This document shows, piece by piece, positions 12,663 to 47,261 of a stretch of 64,000 nt of DNA (positions are counted from its first letter, which is position 1; each line of letters begins with the position of its first letter). The translations under genes were made by a program, and so were the position numbers. The stretch covers positions 12,967,045 to 13,031,044 of the forward strand of contig NC_092680.1 in NCBI RefSeq assembly GCF_964355755.1, read 5' to 3'. The notes under the pieces were generated by a model. That model saw only the letters and a list, made by a program, of their open reading frames with translations. It had not been told where the DNA came from and did not search any database. This stretch comes from Antedon mediterranea (lineage: Eukaryota > Animalia > Echinodermata).

Positions 12663-14225
12663 AATTAAATACGTTGATCGTACATTCACATGAAGGAAAT
12701 TGGTCTTACATGGGCTGGAGTCGTAGAGCATTAGACAACGGACGATGTTTACCGCTTTCTCATTGGATTTGCATATGAATTAATCATTCTTTTTTAGCCT
12801 GGCCGCCGTTCAAAAGGCACAAAAAGAATAGTGTTTGCTTAACTGGTGAGACGAAACGATTGTCTAATGACGCGGTTGACTGACGCATTACGGTCTAATT
12901 CTATACCCATTGCTCAGTTCAAGCTTTGGGTAATAAGCCCAATAGGCTTATATAAAATATAAAACTAGAGTAGGGGATCCGTGGGCGTCACCACCAAGAC
13001 GGGTTGAAATTACAATTAATATCGAAATGGGACCTTTAGCATTTACAATCCCAATGTTAAGGGAAAAACAGGCTGGAGGAGCCATAGGGAATCAGTCCCT
13101 TTTAGGTTTCCTGTCAACTACTTTGTGGTATCCATCTGTTAGATGGTATTCCGAAATTAATTGTACAGTGGCCTTCTTTTGTTTAAGTTATTGATAAATT
13201 ATACTTGAACATATTGTTCTTCTTAAGATATTTATTTTAAATTGGATTTAAACGTAATTACATATTAAAAGGATGGGGACCTAAGAAAGCGATGGGATTA
13301 CAATAATAATGTTAAGTATACTGTACCTATTTTTACTATATTACTTTGGTAGTATAACCTAACAATGTTAAGTATTTAGGCCTACTTGTTTTTAATTATT
13401 AATTTGGTAGTATAACCTGTGCTTAAAAGTTGGATAAAAGAATCATTTCAGATATGAATTAGACTACCAAAAACCACAGCGCAAAGTGACATTCATTGTA
13501 TTGTAGTCTATGTAGGTCAAAATACTGTACCAGTGTTTAAATTGTTTTTGTAATTGAAATGAAAGTTTGGTCTGTTGCACTGAGGGCGATCGTCATGCTC
13601 TGCAAAAGTACGAATGCTGTAACCAAAAATTGAGGGCAGTATAATGTACTCTTTTTTGGGAAAGGGGAGGAGCTATCTTATTCTGGTTATTTAAAAATTC
13701 AAAAAGTAGGTAGAGACTAAACGTATACCATTTTCAATAAAATTGTTATTAAATTCAAAAGTGTAAAACAAATAAAATATTGTGTTTATTAAACATTTAC
13801 CATTGAGGGAATAATTTTGTGGTAATAATAATTGTGGTCTTTAAGGGTATACAGATATCCTTATTTATAAAGGATTTCTATGGTAAAGTAGATGTTTTAA
13901 AGAACCTTTTTTGTTCAATTTAACATTTAAAAAAAAACCTCAATTATGCCTATTAGAAACTCCTTAATCATTTTGTATGCACGGGTGGGATAATAATATT
14001 AATATAATTTTCTACCAATCAGAAGTATTTTTAAAACACGAATTGTAATTTGGCGCCAATAAATGCTACTGACATTACTGGAATTATGCAATGATAAAAA
14101 AATTTAAAATAACGTCTGCTGTATTCAATGGGGTGTAACTATTTCCTTGTAGAGATCATTTGTTAATATGTACTGTTTACTGTTAACTGATCGTTATCAA
14201 AGCAACACGTAGGCATAAAGTAAGG
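12663..14225. promoter_or_regulatory. Putative bidirectional promoter between gene A and gene B first exons (duplicated at 20398-21960); CCAAT next to octamer ATGCAAAT (minus strand, 12762-12774)
   Basis: Divergent ATGs lie 1.56 kb apart. The octamer and its flanks are conserved upstream of the gene A paralogue (46203-46210). Confidence 0.55.
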
Positions 14226-14286
14226 ATGGCGATATCTTATATCAAGTCTTTGATTCTAGTTTTACTTTTTACTGCTCAAAGTATTG
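14226..14286 (+). other. Duplicate of gene B exon 1 (signal peptide MAISYIKSLILVLLFTAQSI)
   Basis: Identical to 21961-22021 and followed by a GTAAGT donor; part of the 7.7-kb duplication. Confidence 0.75.
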
Positions 14287-15376
14287 GTAAGTGTAAAACT
14301 GATTATCTACTACAGTAATAATTGTTATACTATTATAGTCAGTAAATGTCATTTATTTATTTGTCTCATGCAGAAATACTTCTCCATGTTTTACTTTTGA
14401 AAACAAACAAAAAGAGAATTGATCAGACAACTAAAAGTAAACAGGATTACTAAAACTTAGAGTCAGTAGTCCTATGATTGGTTTATGATAACATAATTAA
14501 TAATTAGGCACATAAACTATAAACTATTATATACCAAATGTATACAATAAAAAACAAAGCAAAAAAAAAAACGATTTATAGATTATTACCAAGAAGGGAA
14601 GAATCAATCTATATGATAAAAGAAGATTAGGGAAAGATTCAGTATGTCCGTAATTGATGTAACTGAGATCATAGCTTTTATCAATAAGTTCCATAGCATT
14701 GTCATTGGTTAATTGAAAACCAATACAAACAGCGAAAACAGTTTGGCTTAAAAAACTGAACTTATTTGAGCAGTAGAAAAAGTTTACGGTATCTTTTGCA
14801 TTAAAGAATAGGAAAATGAGATGTAAATACTGGAGCATGGGTCTTTAAAGTTCAGGTCAAGCAAGATAGATGGTTAGGTATTTTCTGGAAGATTATACTT
14901 TTGTTAACGGAGTAACTTCTAGTTATTTTTCTTTTTCTTTTTCTTACGATCTAAGTACTGACAGGCCTTGTCATAGTTACCGATGACGTAAACGCAATGA
15001 CGTATATGTACAGCCAATCACAGGCGAATGTTTGGATAATCAATCACTTGTAATTGGTCAAATTACTTGTGTTGCGTTTGCACCACGTCATGTAACAACC
15101 AAACTTAGCATATCTACACGTAAATAAATACATGCATTTAATTAAGCATGGGATAATAAAGATACATTCTAGAAATGAAATGTTTATTTCAATAATTTGA
15201 CTTGTAAAACACAAAATCAGTAAATACCTTATCATCGAGGTTACATCCCCTTTCTCTTCTTCGTTCACACTAACCTACTTCACCCTGCACTAACAACCGC
15301 CCCCTCCCCCCCCCCTCTACAAAACACACACACATCACTTTTTATCTTGTCGGTTGCAGTTTTTTTAGCTTCTTAC

Positions 15377-18300
15377 CAAGTTCACATTTCGCCGCCTCCT
15401 TTCCTGGTGCAGGAGTTGGTGTACTACATTCTACTCTGTTGTAGCCCGTATTACATGTCACTTCACCCTTACTATTTCTTTCTCCGTGTTTGACTTCTTC
15501 TGGACAATCATCTGAAGTAGAAGGAAGAAAATGCAAGTTTTTGTAAACATAGTTGCATGTATCTATATATAAATTATGGTTAATTCTGACATAGGCGAGC
15601 ACAATGCAAAAACTTCGGTACAAATCTCCGCCTTGGATATACCTACCTTATCTATCTCAAAATGTACCGCGAAACGTAGATTTGATAACATTAGTTTTCA
15701 CATCGACGCTATTGTTCCATATTTCTATCTTAGGAAGATATTATAAAGGGTTTTATAAGAAATATTCTGATTTCAATCGGTAAATTTTAACTCTACGCGT
15801 GGTAGAAGTAATTTCCGGGTTCACGGAAGGTGTTGGTTTCAATCAGGGAGTTGTATACTAAGTTGGCCGTTGGTGCTTGGTGGCGATAGCCATTTTGTTT
15901 TTTTGTTTATTTTCGGACCGCGCGTTTGAAAGTATAGTAGTACATAAAGATCACATTAAATACATTCATGAAACATAGGAGTAAATTGTGGGAAATAATT
16001 ATATAAAATTACATTACATCAAGAGAATTGATGATAATAGCTTTTGTTTTGAAATCGAATGAAACCCCGATAGCCGAGTTGTTGAGTAAGCTGCCAGGAC
16101 TTTATGTATACTTGCGCTATCTGTGTCCCGTCAGGACCCTGGGATACTTCTGCCTATGTTGCAAGCCGTCTAAACGTCTTCCTTCTTAGGCCACTGTGTC
16201 GCGGAATAATGTATTCATTATACCAATTAGGATGGTATTTATTTGAATAAACGCCCGGAACACCTCCCCAGTAAAACTTCAATTAAAATAATTATCTCGC
16301 TACTCACCCCCCCCCCACCCCCAAATACATCTAATAAACGCCCATCCACATTTCTACACACAATATTGCATTATATTTATAACACAATTATACTATTTTT
16401 AGTAGATTTCTTCGGACTGTTATCTACAATTTACCAAGCATTTGATATTCTTTTTTACCACTTTTCATATCTACAATAAACACTATAGGCCTACGCCTAA
16501 AACGCTATTAATCATCTAAGACACTTAGGTTAGTGAGTACGTTTAGTTTTACGAATATCAAAAGCATTTAAATAATGGTAACCGACCGAAATTGTCCAGG
16601 CCAGAATGTCCTTCTAAAACTTTTTACGTCCCGAGTCATTATCATTCCGGGAACCATCGTCTACACTTCCTAGAGGGGGAGCGAGCGAAGCGAGCTCACC
16701 CTCTAGTTATAATAATGACACCATCGTCATAATAATATGTATAAAGTAAACAATATCTGTAGGCCTACTGTATGGAAATAAAAGTGGGACGGACCCACCC
16801 ACGTAAGACAAAAAAAGAAAACAATCTAATAAACCTATCATATATTTTGTTGATAGTTGTTTACAGAATCAAATGCATTTCTTTTGTTTTGTATTAGGCC
16901 TTATGAACAGTTTGTGTAAAATAAAAGTTGAATTGAATTGAGGCTTATACTGTATAATCAAATATAAATTCAAATGAAACGTTTTTCATATTTTTTAATT
17001 ACAGAAAAAAAGAGGCAAAAAAATGGTTAGTATATCAAAGCAGGGAAGAGTTAAATTTAACTCTTCCCTGATCAAAGTAATATGTTATTTTATCAGGAAG
17101 TTACATTTAAACTAATCACTTTGTGACATTCTGACAGTGTAATAAAGGTGTGCCTTTAACAACAGAAATACTTCGCATGACCTAGTGACAAATCAGCCGT
17201 AGACATACCATAACATATTCTTCTGTAGTGTTTTGTGTAAAAGGTTTTCAAATTCTATAACATCCATAAATAGCACAATGATAAAATAGGCATATTGTTG
17301 GAACGAGTCATGATACAAACTTCAAAACACATGTCGAATAATAAAAGAGTATCAGTCGTTCGTCGAATAATAAAAGAGTATCAGTCGAGGAGAAAATTAA
17401 TTTAAAAAAGAATACTGAAATCGTGAAACGTATAAAAGACCAATTTGTAACAAGCACGTGATACGTCATCAATATTCAAAAGTTTCAGCACGTCGTCCTC
17501 GGTCTTAAAGTAGTATAGAACAACAAATTAAATTTTAAATAAACTTTTTTTATGTTGTTATGTTTGTATTGTAAAATCCGGAATAAATTGAATTGAAATT
17601 TAATTATTTACAGTTACTAAAAAAAGGAATTATTCAACTAATTTGTCTGTTTGTTTGTTTGGCATGATGAACAAAAGGTAATATTTTATAAAGGATTTGA
17701 CGTGCCTCTTTACGAATGTTGATAAAACAAGTATATTAACAATGTTAACAAATAAAATACATGAATGATAAAATCGCGTTAAAATAGGCATAATGGATAT
17801 AAAAATGAATATAAGAAATGGTAACTAATAGGTACCGAAGTAGGCTTACAGTGGCGTTTATTAGTTATGATCATATACAATTTTTTTTTTAAATATATGA
17901 CTAAAAATAAGCCTTGAGTTGAACCGAAAACTGTGGAATTTGGTGGAGCAGGTGGAAATGAGATAAATTTCGATTTTATCAGCAGAACTCAAGCGAACAT
18001 ATTATAGATATTAACTGCGAAAACTTGAATTCGTCTTGTGGATAATAAATTCAGAGCAAATAAATTAATGTGTGATTCATGCATAATGTAAGTAGGTCAA
18101 TATATAAAATTAATCAATCGCCATTGTAAAAACGACAAAGACTATGATTGACAAATAAGAACATAATACTGATGACAATACAACCAAAGAAAATGAATTT
18201 CTGGAGATACAATTGCAGTATCCTCAATCACCTAATTGACGATGTAGGCCTTATCCTATTCAAACCGTTTTTTTGGTTATATTTTTGTTTTTTATGTATG

Positions 18301-20397
18301 TTTTGACGTATTGTATTTTCTGTTGCCACTTTCAGCACAAGCTCTGCTTCTTGAAATGTGTGCCTCCTTCTTGTTGTATAGGCCTATTGTAAGAAATTGT
18401 ATTTATGTTTGTTTAAGAATGAAGGAAATAAATGTTATTTTGATTTATTGATAGATTCAAAATTTTGATATTTTGTGTATGAATGATCACGTGAGGCATA
18501 ACATCATATTAATTTCAATTTCTACATTAATATCCGAGGACTGAATATCAGATCATGAGACGACGACGGACGAATAGCAATAGATAGTATCAATAGACAT
18601 ATTATTTATAATTAGTATTATTATTTTATTCTGAAGATGTGGCCTTCAAGTTAAAACGTAGGCTTACAAAAGAGGAAACCAAACATTGATTCATGAGATT
18701 CATTAATTGTACATTATATTTAATATTAATAATAAGAATGAAGATTTCTAGAGCGCACTTCGCCACTAAAGGTGCTCAATTCTTTTGAATGCTTATAATA
18801 TGCAATCACCTCAGATTAAATGCACAATAAAATTGCGAATTTAAAATGGAAAGAATTAGGCCTGTTAGGTCTTTTTTTTGTAATTTGTATATTTTATTTT
18901 AAAATGTGTGGAGAAACTAATAAAACAAACTAACAAAGGCCTATGACCATGTCTAAGCCTGGCAAAAAAGATGAGTTTTTAATAATTTTTTAAACGAATC
19001 CAAGTTAGTATATTGGCAACAATATTTAATATTGTTTCATTATTCATATTATTACTATTAGAGATTCACTGCTTGCAATTTGATTGGTTTGTTCATAGAA
19101 CTATTCAAATTTACAAATCCGTAGATTTCTAAACAGTTCGATATTGGAATAAGTTATTATTTCCTGGTCACTCAACAAAGGCTATTTTCCAACACTTGAA
19201 TTATGTTGTGGAACAAAAATAGTGAGTGTTGGTAGGCATAAAATGCAAATATGTATATATGCATATATTTTATGGCCTGTCATTTTTAATTGCTCTTTTT
19301 TATTTTATTTATTTCATGGATTACTTTTATTTTTATGTGAAGCGCATAGAGGCTTTATGCATTATGCGCTTAAAATAAAAGTCCAAATTTAATATTTTGA
19401 AATAAAGAACACTAACCATAATATTGATAGGGGCCTTCTGTATTTCACTACTTTCAGAATTTAAATTTTTGTTGCCATTTTAGGCAATCATAAGTTGGGC
19501 ACGCAAGTAGGCCCTACAATTCTCTTTTTTTTTTTTCAATGGATGAATAATTAATATTAGGTTTGTTTTTCCCCAACATTACTGTGTATACTGTCTATAT
19601 TAATATACACAGTATGGAGTGTACAACGATCGCATGCAGAGAGTAGGCGGACAATGAAATAGGTGATTCTAAATTAATCCTCCAGATCCGAATGGAATAA
19701 TTAAAGCTTGGTTACTAGGGGACGAATAGATCAAATCATAAAGATAATATTATAGTGGGCCCTATATATATATAAACCCGAAGGCAATTTAGGCCTACTG
19801 AAAATAAAATAAAATTTATATACAGGTACTGTATATTAACTAATCACTTTTTGCGTGCACATCGTATGTCGTGGAAGAATACTTAAATCCAAATTTGTAT
19901 CCGAGAAAATCCGAATCCGGGAATCTGTAAGTGGTCTAATTATTCAGGAAAAAATGTTTTAGATGTTTATTTTATAATATTATAGTTCATTGTCATCTAT
20001 AAAGTATGGCCTGTCAATTGATTGATATTATTAATATTATTTTTTCCAAATCCATTCAACTATTATTATAAAGGCCCCTTTGGGGATGAAACCATATTTT
20101 CCATCATACATCATATGAGAAATGAAACAGAACGTTCAAATTGAACGTTGAAATCTACGAGAGTGAAACAAGTTTACCGTATAAACCTGTTCATGGTTTT
20201 ACCAATGCACAGCGCTTTAGTACCGGTTGGCCGTCATAGATCATGTACGATGAAATTCAATATATAAAATCTCCATTAAAAAAATACAAATTTCAATACA
20301 ATATAAATGTATTATCCTTACCGTTTGCAAATACTACCGCTACATTTAGTATGGAAATCATCAGAAACCCCCAGACTACTGGGTTTCGGGTGTTCAT
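15377..20397 (-). other. Duplicated 5' half of gene A (exon 1 20322-20397, sushi-like exon 15377-15511)
   Basis: Copies of 12587-12662 and 7642-7776 with intact splice sites. This copy has no TM or tail exons of its own. Confidence 0.75.
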
Positions 20398-21960
20398 AAT
20401 TAAATACGTTGATCGTACATTCACATGAAGGAAATTGGTCTTACATGGGCTGGAGTCGTAGAGCATTAGACAACGGACGATGTTTACCGCTTTCTCATTG
20501 GATTTGCATATGAATTAATCATTCTTTTTTAGCCTGGCCGCCGTTCAAAAGGCACAAAAAGAATAGTGTTTGCTTAACTGGTGAGACGAAACGATTGTCT
20601 AATGACGCGGTTGACTGACGCATTACGGTCTAATTCTATACCCATTGCTCAGTTCAAGCTTTGGGTAATAAGCCCAATAGGCTTATATAAAATATAAAAC
20701 TAGAGTAGGGGATCCGTGGGCGTCACCACCAAGACGGGTTGAAATTACAATTAATATCGAAATGGGACCTTTAGCATTTACAATCCCAATGTTAAGGGAA
20801 AAACAGGCTGGAGGAGCCATAGGGAATCAGTCCCTTTTAGGTTTCCTGTCAACTACTTTGTGGTATCCATCTGTTAGATGGTATTCCGAAATTAATTGTA
20901 CAGTGGCCTTCTTTTGTTTAAGTTATTGATAAATTATACTTGAACATATTGTTCTTCTTAAGATATTTATTTTAAATTGGATTTAAACGTAATTACATAT
21001 TAAAAGGATGGGGACCTAAGAAAGCGATGGGATTACAATAATAATGTTAAGTATACTGTACCTATTTTTACTATATTACTTTGGTAGTATAACCTAACAA
21101 TGTTAAGTATTTAGGCCTACTTGTTTTTAATTATTAATTTGGTAGTATAACCTGTGCTTAAAAGTTGGATAAAAGAATCATTTCAGATATGAATTAGACT
21201 ACCAAAAACCACAGCGCAAAGTGACATTCATTGTATTGTAGTCTATGTAGGTCAAAATACTGTACCAGTGTTTAAATTGTTTTTGTAATTGAAATGAAAG
21301 TTTGGTCTGTTGCACTGAGGGCGATCGTCATGCTCTGCAAAAGTACGAATGCTGTAACCAAAAATTGAGGGCAGTATAATGTACTCTTTTTTGGGAAAGG
21401 GGAGGAGCTATCTTATTCTGGTTATTTAAAAATTCAAAAAGTAGGTAGAGACTAAACGTATACCATTTTCAATAAAATTGTTATTAAATTCAAAAGTGTA
21501 AAACAAATAAAATATTGTGTTTATTAAACATTTACCATTGAGGGAATAATTTTGTGGTAATAATAATTGTGGTCTTTAAGGGTATACAGATATCCTTATT
21601 TATAAAGGATTTCTATGGTAAAGTAGATGTTTTAAAGAACCTTTTTTGTTCAATTTAACATTTAAAAAAAAACCTCAATTATGCCTATTAGAAACTCCTT
21701 AATCATTTTGTATGCACGGGTGGGATAATAATATTAATATAATTTTCTACCAATCAGAAGTATTTTTAAAACACGAATTGTAATTTGGCGCCAATAAATG
21801 CTACTGACATTACTGGAATTATGCAATGATAAAAAAATTTAAAATAACGTCTGCTGTATTCAATGGGGTGTAACTATTTCCTTGTAGAGATCATTTGTTA
21901 ATATGTACTGTTTACTGTTAACTGATCGTTATCAAAGCAACACGTAGGCATAAAGTAAGG

Positions 21961-41456
<19,496 letters not shown>

Positions 41457-42268
41457 GCCCGTAAAGTGCTTGTTGTTTATATTGCATATCATATAACTAT
41501 TATTATAACTATCAATAATTGAAAGCATCAAGTATACACAAAAGTATCTCTCCTATACATGCGCTTTTATATTGGATAACAAATTGGTAGGGAAACTCAT
41601 CATATATCGTTTTCAATGTTATATCAATGTGAACAGACTGCATATGATAATATAATAATACAATCTTATAACTTTTGATAATAATTTTCATTTTTTAGGC
41701 TAATTGTTTCAAATGATGAAGAATAGTCCCAGAACAGGAAACCCAATCAAGGAGTATTTCTTTATCTAATAATATTGAAATTATTCAAACAAGCACATTT
41801 GTATTGTATGTTATTAGTTATTCAATAATAATAATAAAAAACAATAAAAAACTGTATATTTTTTAACTATTCAATTACAAATTAACTTTAATTGTTTTAT
41901 TACACATTATTTCTAAATGATCATCTTACCATGGATCTACATTCGTTAGAACATTAAATATAATGAAAATGTTATCCATGCCAAATATGTTTATAAATAA
42001 ATAACAAATAATAATAATAATGTTTTAACTCAAGGTCTGGGTAAGAATGCCGTTAGAATTGTAATTTTTTTGTTTGGTTTAAATTACATTTTTGTCAGGT
42101 AAATACTTTTTTTTAGTCATTTTCAGTTTTTGGTCAAAGTGAATAACAATTACGTGACATTGAAATGACATATTCAACAAAAAATGTTAAAAAAAATTGT
42201 TAGGGGGACAATATCGTTAATGGAATTGCCACGACGGTACGGCACATTTAGTACGGGTTATTATGTCT

Positions 42269-45105
42269 TCCAGCTCGATATTTGTGCCAAAATAGATTTT
42301 TTTAGCTAACTTTGTTATTCTTGAGATGCTGAATCCAAAAAAGTTAGGTGCCATTTTTTTTCGACCACTCCTTCAGCCGCCATTTTGTATTTCAAAATGG
42401 CCGACGTTCCACACTAAACTTGGTCATCTATGTAATACTGATTATTTTATTCCATTACACCCATATCAATAAACGCATAGTTACATAGTTATTGCGAAAT
42501 AAAACAAATCACGTGACCAATAAAGGTCAAAAGGTCAAAATGCAATTTCATCAAAATACTGCACTGTTGTTTATTCTGAATACAGTTTTACTAATATCTA
42601 TTCTATTTTACTCTGTTTGTTGTCATAATTTTCCAATTATGTAAATAAATTGTTTTTAAATGTTCCTTGTTTTTTTCATGCTAATTACTTTCTTATTTAC
42701 ATACAATCTGTCCTATTGGTATATAAGTACTTTAGGCGTTCTTTTCTGTTCTTCCTCTGATGAGAAAAGTTTCTCGAAACATGTCACATTTTAAGGCTGT
42801 TTGCCTATTCATTAAATCGCTATACTCATTTTAACAATGACAAAAGTAGTCTCCTTCGTATTAAGATAAATACGGTTTTTCTTATTCGTTTTACAATTCA
42901 TTCAAATGTTTGTTTGATTTTCATTCTACTTTGTTATTGTCCATTTATATGTTTTATAGTATATTATATACAGTATTATCTTAATACTAAACAAGTACCG
43001 TACAGTACTGGATTACACTTAACTTCAATGTCAAGTTTCCGAGTTATTTAAACTTTAAAATCAAAATAACTATAGTCCGTGAACAAAGGTGAAATAAACT
43101 GTTGTCAAGTCACATCTTTGTTTTGTTTCGTTGGATAGAAATTCTGAATCTATTTTATTTTTAGTAGTTTACATTTCTGTTTTTCGTAAAAAGAAAAAAT
43201 GCTACGGGTCATGGTATCATTTGCGTAGCGTTCAAAATCATTTGTATTTTTGTCAAAGCGGGTACCACACAATATAAAGCCGGCCATCTGTGCACAATGC
43301 CAATGTTACTTGGCATGCCTTTCCCTTGCAGCAGCAAACATTTTTTTCATTTGATATTATTATACAGTGAAAAAATCTTAAGAATTAAAAAAAAAAAATT
43401 AAGATCAATTAGTTTTCCTCAAATAAAGTTTACACGAAATAAAGAAAAGTCTGCCTTTACAAACTAGCTGCCTTTACAAACTACCAATCGATATTGTAAA
43501 GAAACGAATTCGGTGTTTTTAACGTCTAAAGGTTCCCTTTGATTTTTACGTATGGTTTGTGATTATCGCAATATAAATCTTTAACTATACGTGGTTATTA
43601 TTAAAAGTCACATAGAATAATTAATCAAACTATACTGGTTTCTGGTAACTTAAATTTAAGAACATCGGAAATAAGGGAAACAAAATCCGCTTTCCAGCAA
43701 TAATATTCAAATTAGTTTGAGAAAAACGAAATATTTTAACTACAGACACTTTATAAATATATACCGTATGTAACGATTTCAGTTATTGAATTCCCTTTTA
43801 TAAATTTGTATTTCAATTTGGTTACCGTACTTTTACTGCATTTCTCAGTTATATTTATCAAAAATGCAGTGGAGTGCGACCACACAGCGGTAGGAGATAG
43901 AATCGGCCTTTCAGTCATCGGTGCGTTTTGAATTATTATTATTTTATTGTTCTTGGGCATGATCCTATTGTATCCGTTTGTTGTTAGTATTTGTATTCTT
44001 GTGAGTATTAGAATATGCCACCGATTTAATTTATATTCAATAAAATTATGTTATCATCTGAAACGGTGGAAGATTATTCGACTACTTATACACAGTATAG
44101 ATGAGCTGTTTTTTATCCTGCCTTTATGGTCACACAAATATCCAATATATATAATATAAGAATGTGTACATAAATTAATTTAAATAAGCAACAACTTTTT
44201 TATCGATTTACTTTATATATATATAGGCTTACAACATACAACCATGCTATTGGCAGAAAACCATGTTTGAAAAAAACAACATAGACGCCACTGCACTGGA
44301 TATAGTTATAAATAAACTACATTAACTAGCAGAATTAAGACAAATCTAAAATACTTTCCAAAGTTACGTTTCTGTTTCTGCTGTAGTAGTTGTATGAACT
44401 TGCTCAAATAAAGGTACTAAAATCAATTACTTTACCTCCAAATCATGTTTGCGTCGCAACTAATTTACCTGCAAAGCAATGGTTGTTTGATTTTGTTTTT
44501 TACTTGCAATGCGAAAACCGGGCATATCGAGGATCTTGATAGTAAAACTTATCTTATACTAAAGTAGTTTCACACACTGAAATTGTTATTATAACCAGAT
44601 AAATGTTACCAACATTTGAATAAATAAAAAAAAACGTATTTATCTTTAATACGGAGGAGACCTTTTTTATTGTACATTTAAAAATTTATTTACATAATTG
44701 GAAAATTATGACAATAAATAAAGGAAAATCGAATAGATATTAGTAAAACTGTATTCAGAATAAAAAAAAAAGCTATCCTACGATACCAAACAGTAAAGTA
44801 TTTGAGAAAATTAAAATGTTGACCTTTTGACCTTTTTGGTCACGTGACTTGTTTTATTGTTAAATAACTATGTAACTATGCATTTTTTGATATGGATGTA
44901 ATGGGATAAAATGATCAGTATTATATTCCCTTTCCGATGATACCATGGATGACAAAGTTCAGTGTGGAATGTCGGCCATTTTGAAATACAAAATGGCGGC
45001 TGAAGGAGTGGTCGAAAAAATGGCACCTAACTTTTTTGAATTCAGCAACTCAAGAATAACAAAGTTAGCCAATAAAATCTATTTTGGCACTAATATCGAG
45101 CTGGA
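42269..45105. mobile_element. Foldback-like element with long (~0.5-0.6 kb) imperfect inverted arms
   Basis: 42269-~42880 is the reverse complement of ~44630-45105, e.g. AAAAAAGTTAGGTGCCATTTTTT..CGACCACTCCTTCAGCCGCCATTTTGTATTTCAAAATGGCCGAC. No ORF between the arms. Confidence 0.7.
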
Positions 45106-46169
45106 GCTAGTTTTCCTTACATATGTGACTGTACTAATTGTATTTAAATGAACAATTACTATAATTACTTTCAGAATAAAACATAATTACTATGTTTAGG
45201 GCTACTTTAAGATAGCTTGAGATTAGAAGATGAAAACATGTTTTACTGTTTCACACTATTAAATTTTGATTTATTATTATTATTATTTGAGGTTTATTTT
45301 TTTAAATGCAGTTGAAGGAAGCAAATGCTGACTTGTTACAATATTTACATCAAGATATATAGGCCTATAGGCCGATATAAATGTAAAAAACAAATCATGG
45401 TACAATATTATGATTCCTTTAATTCCTAATTTTATTGTAAAATACCTGTTTTTTCATAATATGTGGACATTTATACGTTATAGTACGTACACAAAATTTC
45501 CACTTAGCTAATCAAACTAGGTTGATATATTAAGCAATATGTAACTCTATATAAGGCTCAGCTACAGGATGAATTCTAGATATAACGTTGGTTAGATGTG
45601 CATACATTACGCATGTAGTTATAAATTAGATTATTTGTATACCACCATACATTAAGTAAATAGGTTTAGGCTCTGTATTTTGTTTGTTCGTTCTGAATAA
45701 TTAGTTTCATAATAATTATAGATTGCAAAAATTATATTTATAAATATATTGGTATTTTTTTATAATCTAAAAATTCAATTCAATAATTTCATTCACAAAT
45801 ATTTTTTGTTTACAATAAAGTGGAGTAGCTTAAAAGAAAGCATGGTATTTGAACCACTTTTTATAAAATGTTGCGTGTACAAAATCTGTCTATTGCACAA
45901 ACAAATTATTACAATCCTTGCCATATAATGCAAACAATAGCAGCTTCAATGAAGAATCATGGGGTTGTGTATGGGGGTGGGGACGTCGAAGAGAAACCAC
46001 ATGCTGTTGTTCCGAATGTAACCATTTTGTGATTAAAACTGGTGGCAGTATGGTATGCAATTCTTTTTACCAATTGTCAAAAATTAGTTATATTTCCGTA
46101 CAGTTTCTATTATCCCTCAAATTCCATATAAACCAGCAGACAGAACATCATTCTTGATGTATAGTTTGA

Positions 46170-46386
46170 GCAGCCAGGTAAAAATAATAAACATGTATTT
46201 ATATGCAAATCGAGCGAGCGTCAAACATCGTTCATAAAAGGAAGCATTAGTACTCTACAACAACAGTCATAAGACCAATTCTTCCTCCTTGTGAACGTAC
46301 GATAAACGCAATCAGCCCGACAGTCAGTAGTCTGGAGGTTTCTGACGGTTTCTATACTAAACTATGTAGTATTTGCAAACGGTAAG
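46170..46386 (+). pseudogene. Paralogue of the gene A promoter and exon 1 lacking a start codon
   Basis: RQSVVWRFLTVSILNYVVFAN-G|GTAAG versus gene A RNPVVWGFLMISILNVAVVFAN-G|GTAAG. The 5' UTR is homologous (AAGACCAATT..TGTGAA.GTACGAT.AACG). The ATG region is deleted and an in-frame TAA lies at 46303. Confidence 0.75.
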
Positions 46387-47261
46387 AGTAATACCTTCAT
46401 AGTGTCATTTTAAAATATGTTTTATATTTTGAAAAAAACTTGGTAAAACTAATTTTTTGACAATTTCAATAAAACTCTAGATTTCAGGGAGTTGCAGATA
46501 TATGAATTGATTTCTTTCTGATTAAGAATCTTAGTAAGAACATCTTTTCTTAGCTTACTGATTGAATAATTACAGTAACCAGGGCTACTTTTGTTTCGAT
46601 ATTCAAACTGATAAAAACTCGTGAACTCAGATTGACTTGAATATGGATTTATTGTGTCCCAACTGATTATCTCAAGTAGGTTGTTCGAACCTATCAATAA
46701 AAATACAATACTATACGTAAATCTTAGAACGTTTAAATCTAAGCTATTGATAATTAAAATTAAAGTTCAGCTCATGATCAAAGTGTATACTTAAACTTAC
46801 ACTTTTCGACATCCAAAACTCAACTCAAATTACTCAACAGCTTGAACATTGAAATGTTAAATATCACCTAAAAAAAAACACAAGAACGTTTATACATGTT
46901 AAATCATTCCGTAATATTATAAGCTCAAAACTAATAAAAGTAGATCAAATCGAAGTAATAAAATCTCTCCTTATCTTTCTACACTCAGAAACTTCTAACC
47001 CCAAAATACCATTAATCAGGGATCAACATTAACGAGCCGAACCCTAACCTCAGCACAATAGAAACTCAAAATGATATCAATCCGCGTTATGTACTTGTGT
47101 AGAACATTTCTAACATTTTACTCTTACATTAATACACTGATAGAATATAGTTGCAATAATATTATGTTCTTAGGCATCTACAACTAACATGCATTACTAA
47201 TACATATGCCGTATCATTCAATCCACAACTTAGTTCAACCATAAGCTATAATGTTGATTAA

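Noticed and set aside
46449-46697. Duplicated ORF MIGSNNLLEII... (also 63451-63657)
   Set aside because: Shared only because both lie in the LTRs of BEL/Pao 1.
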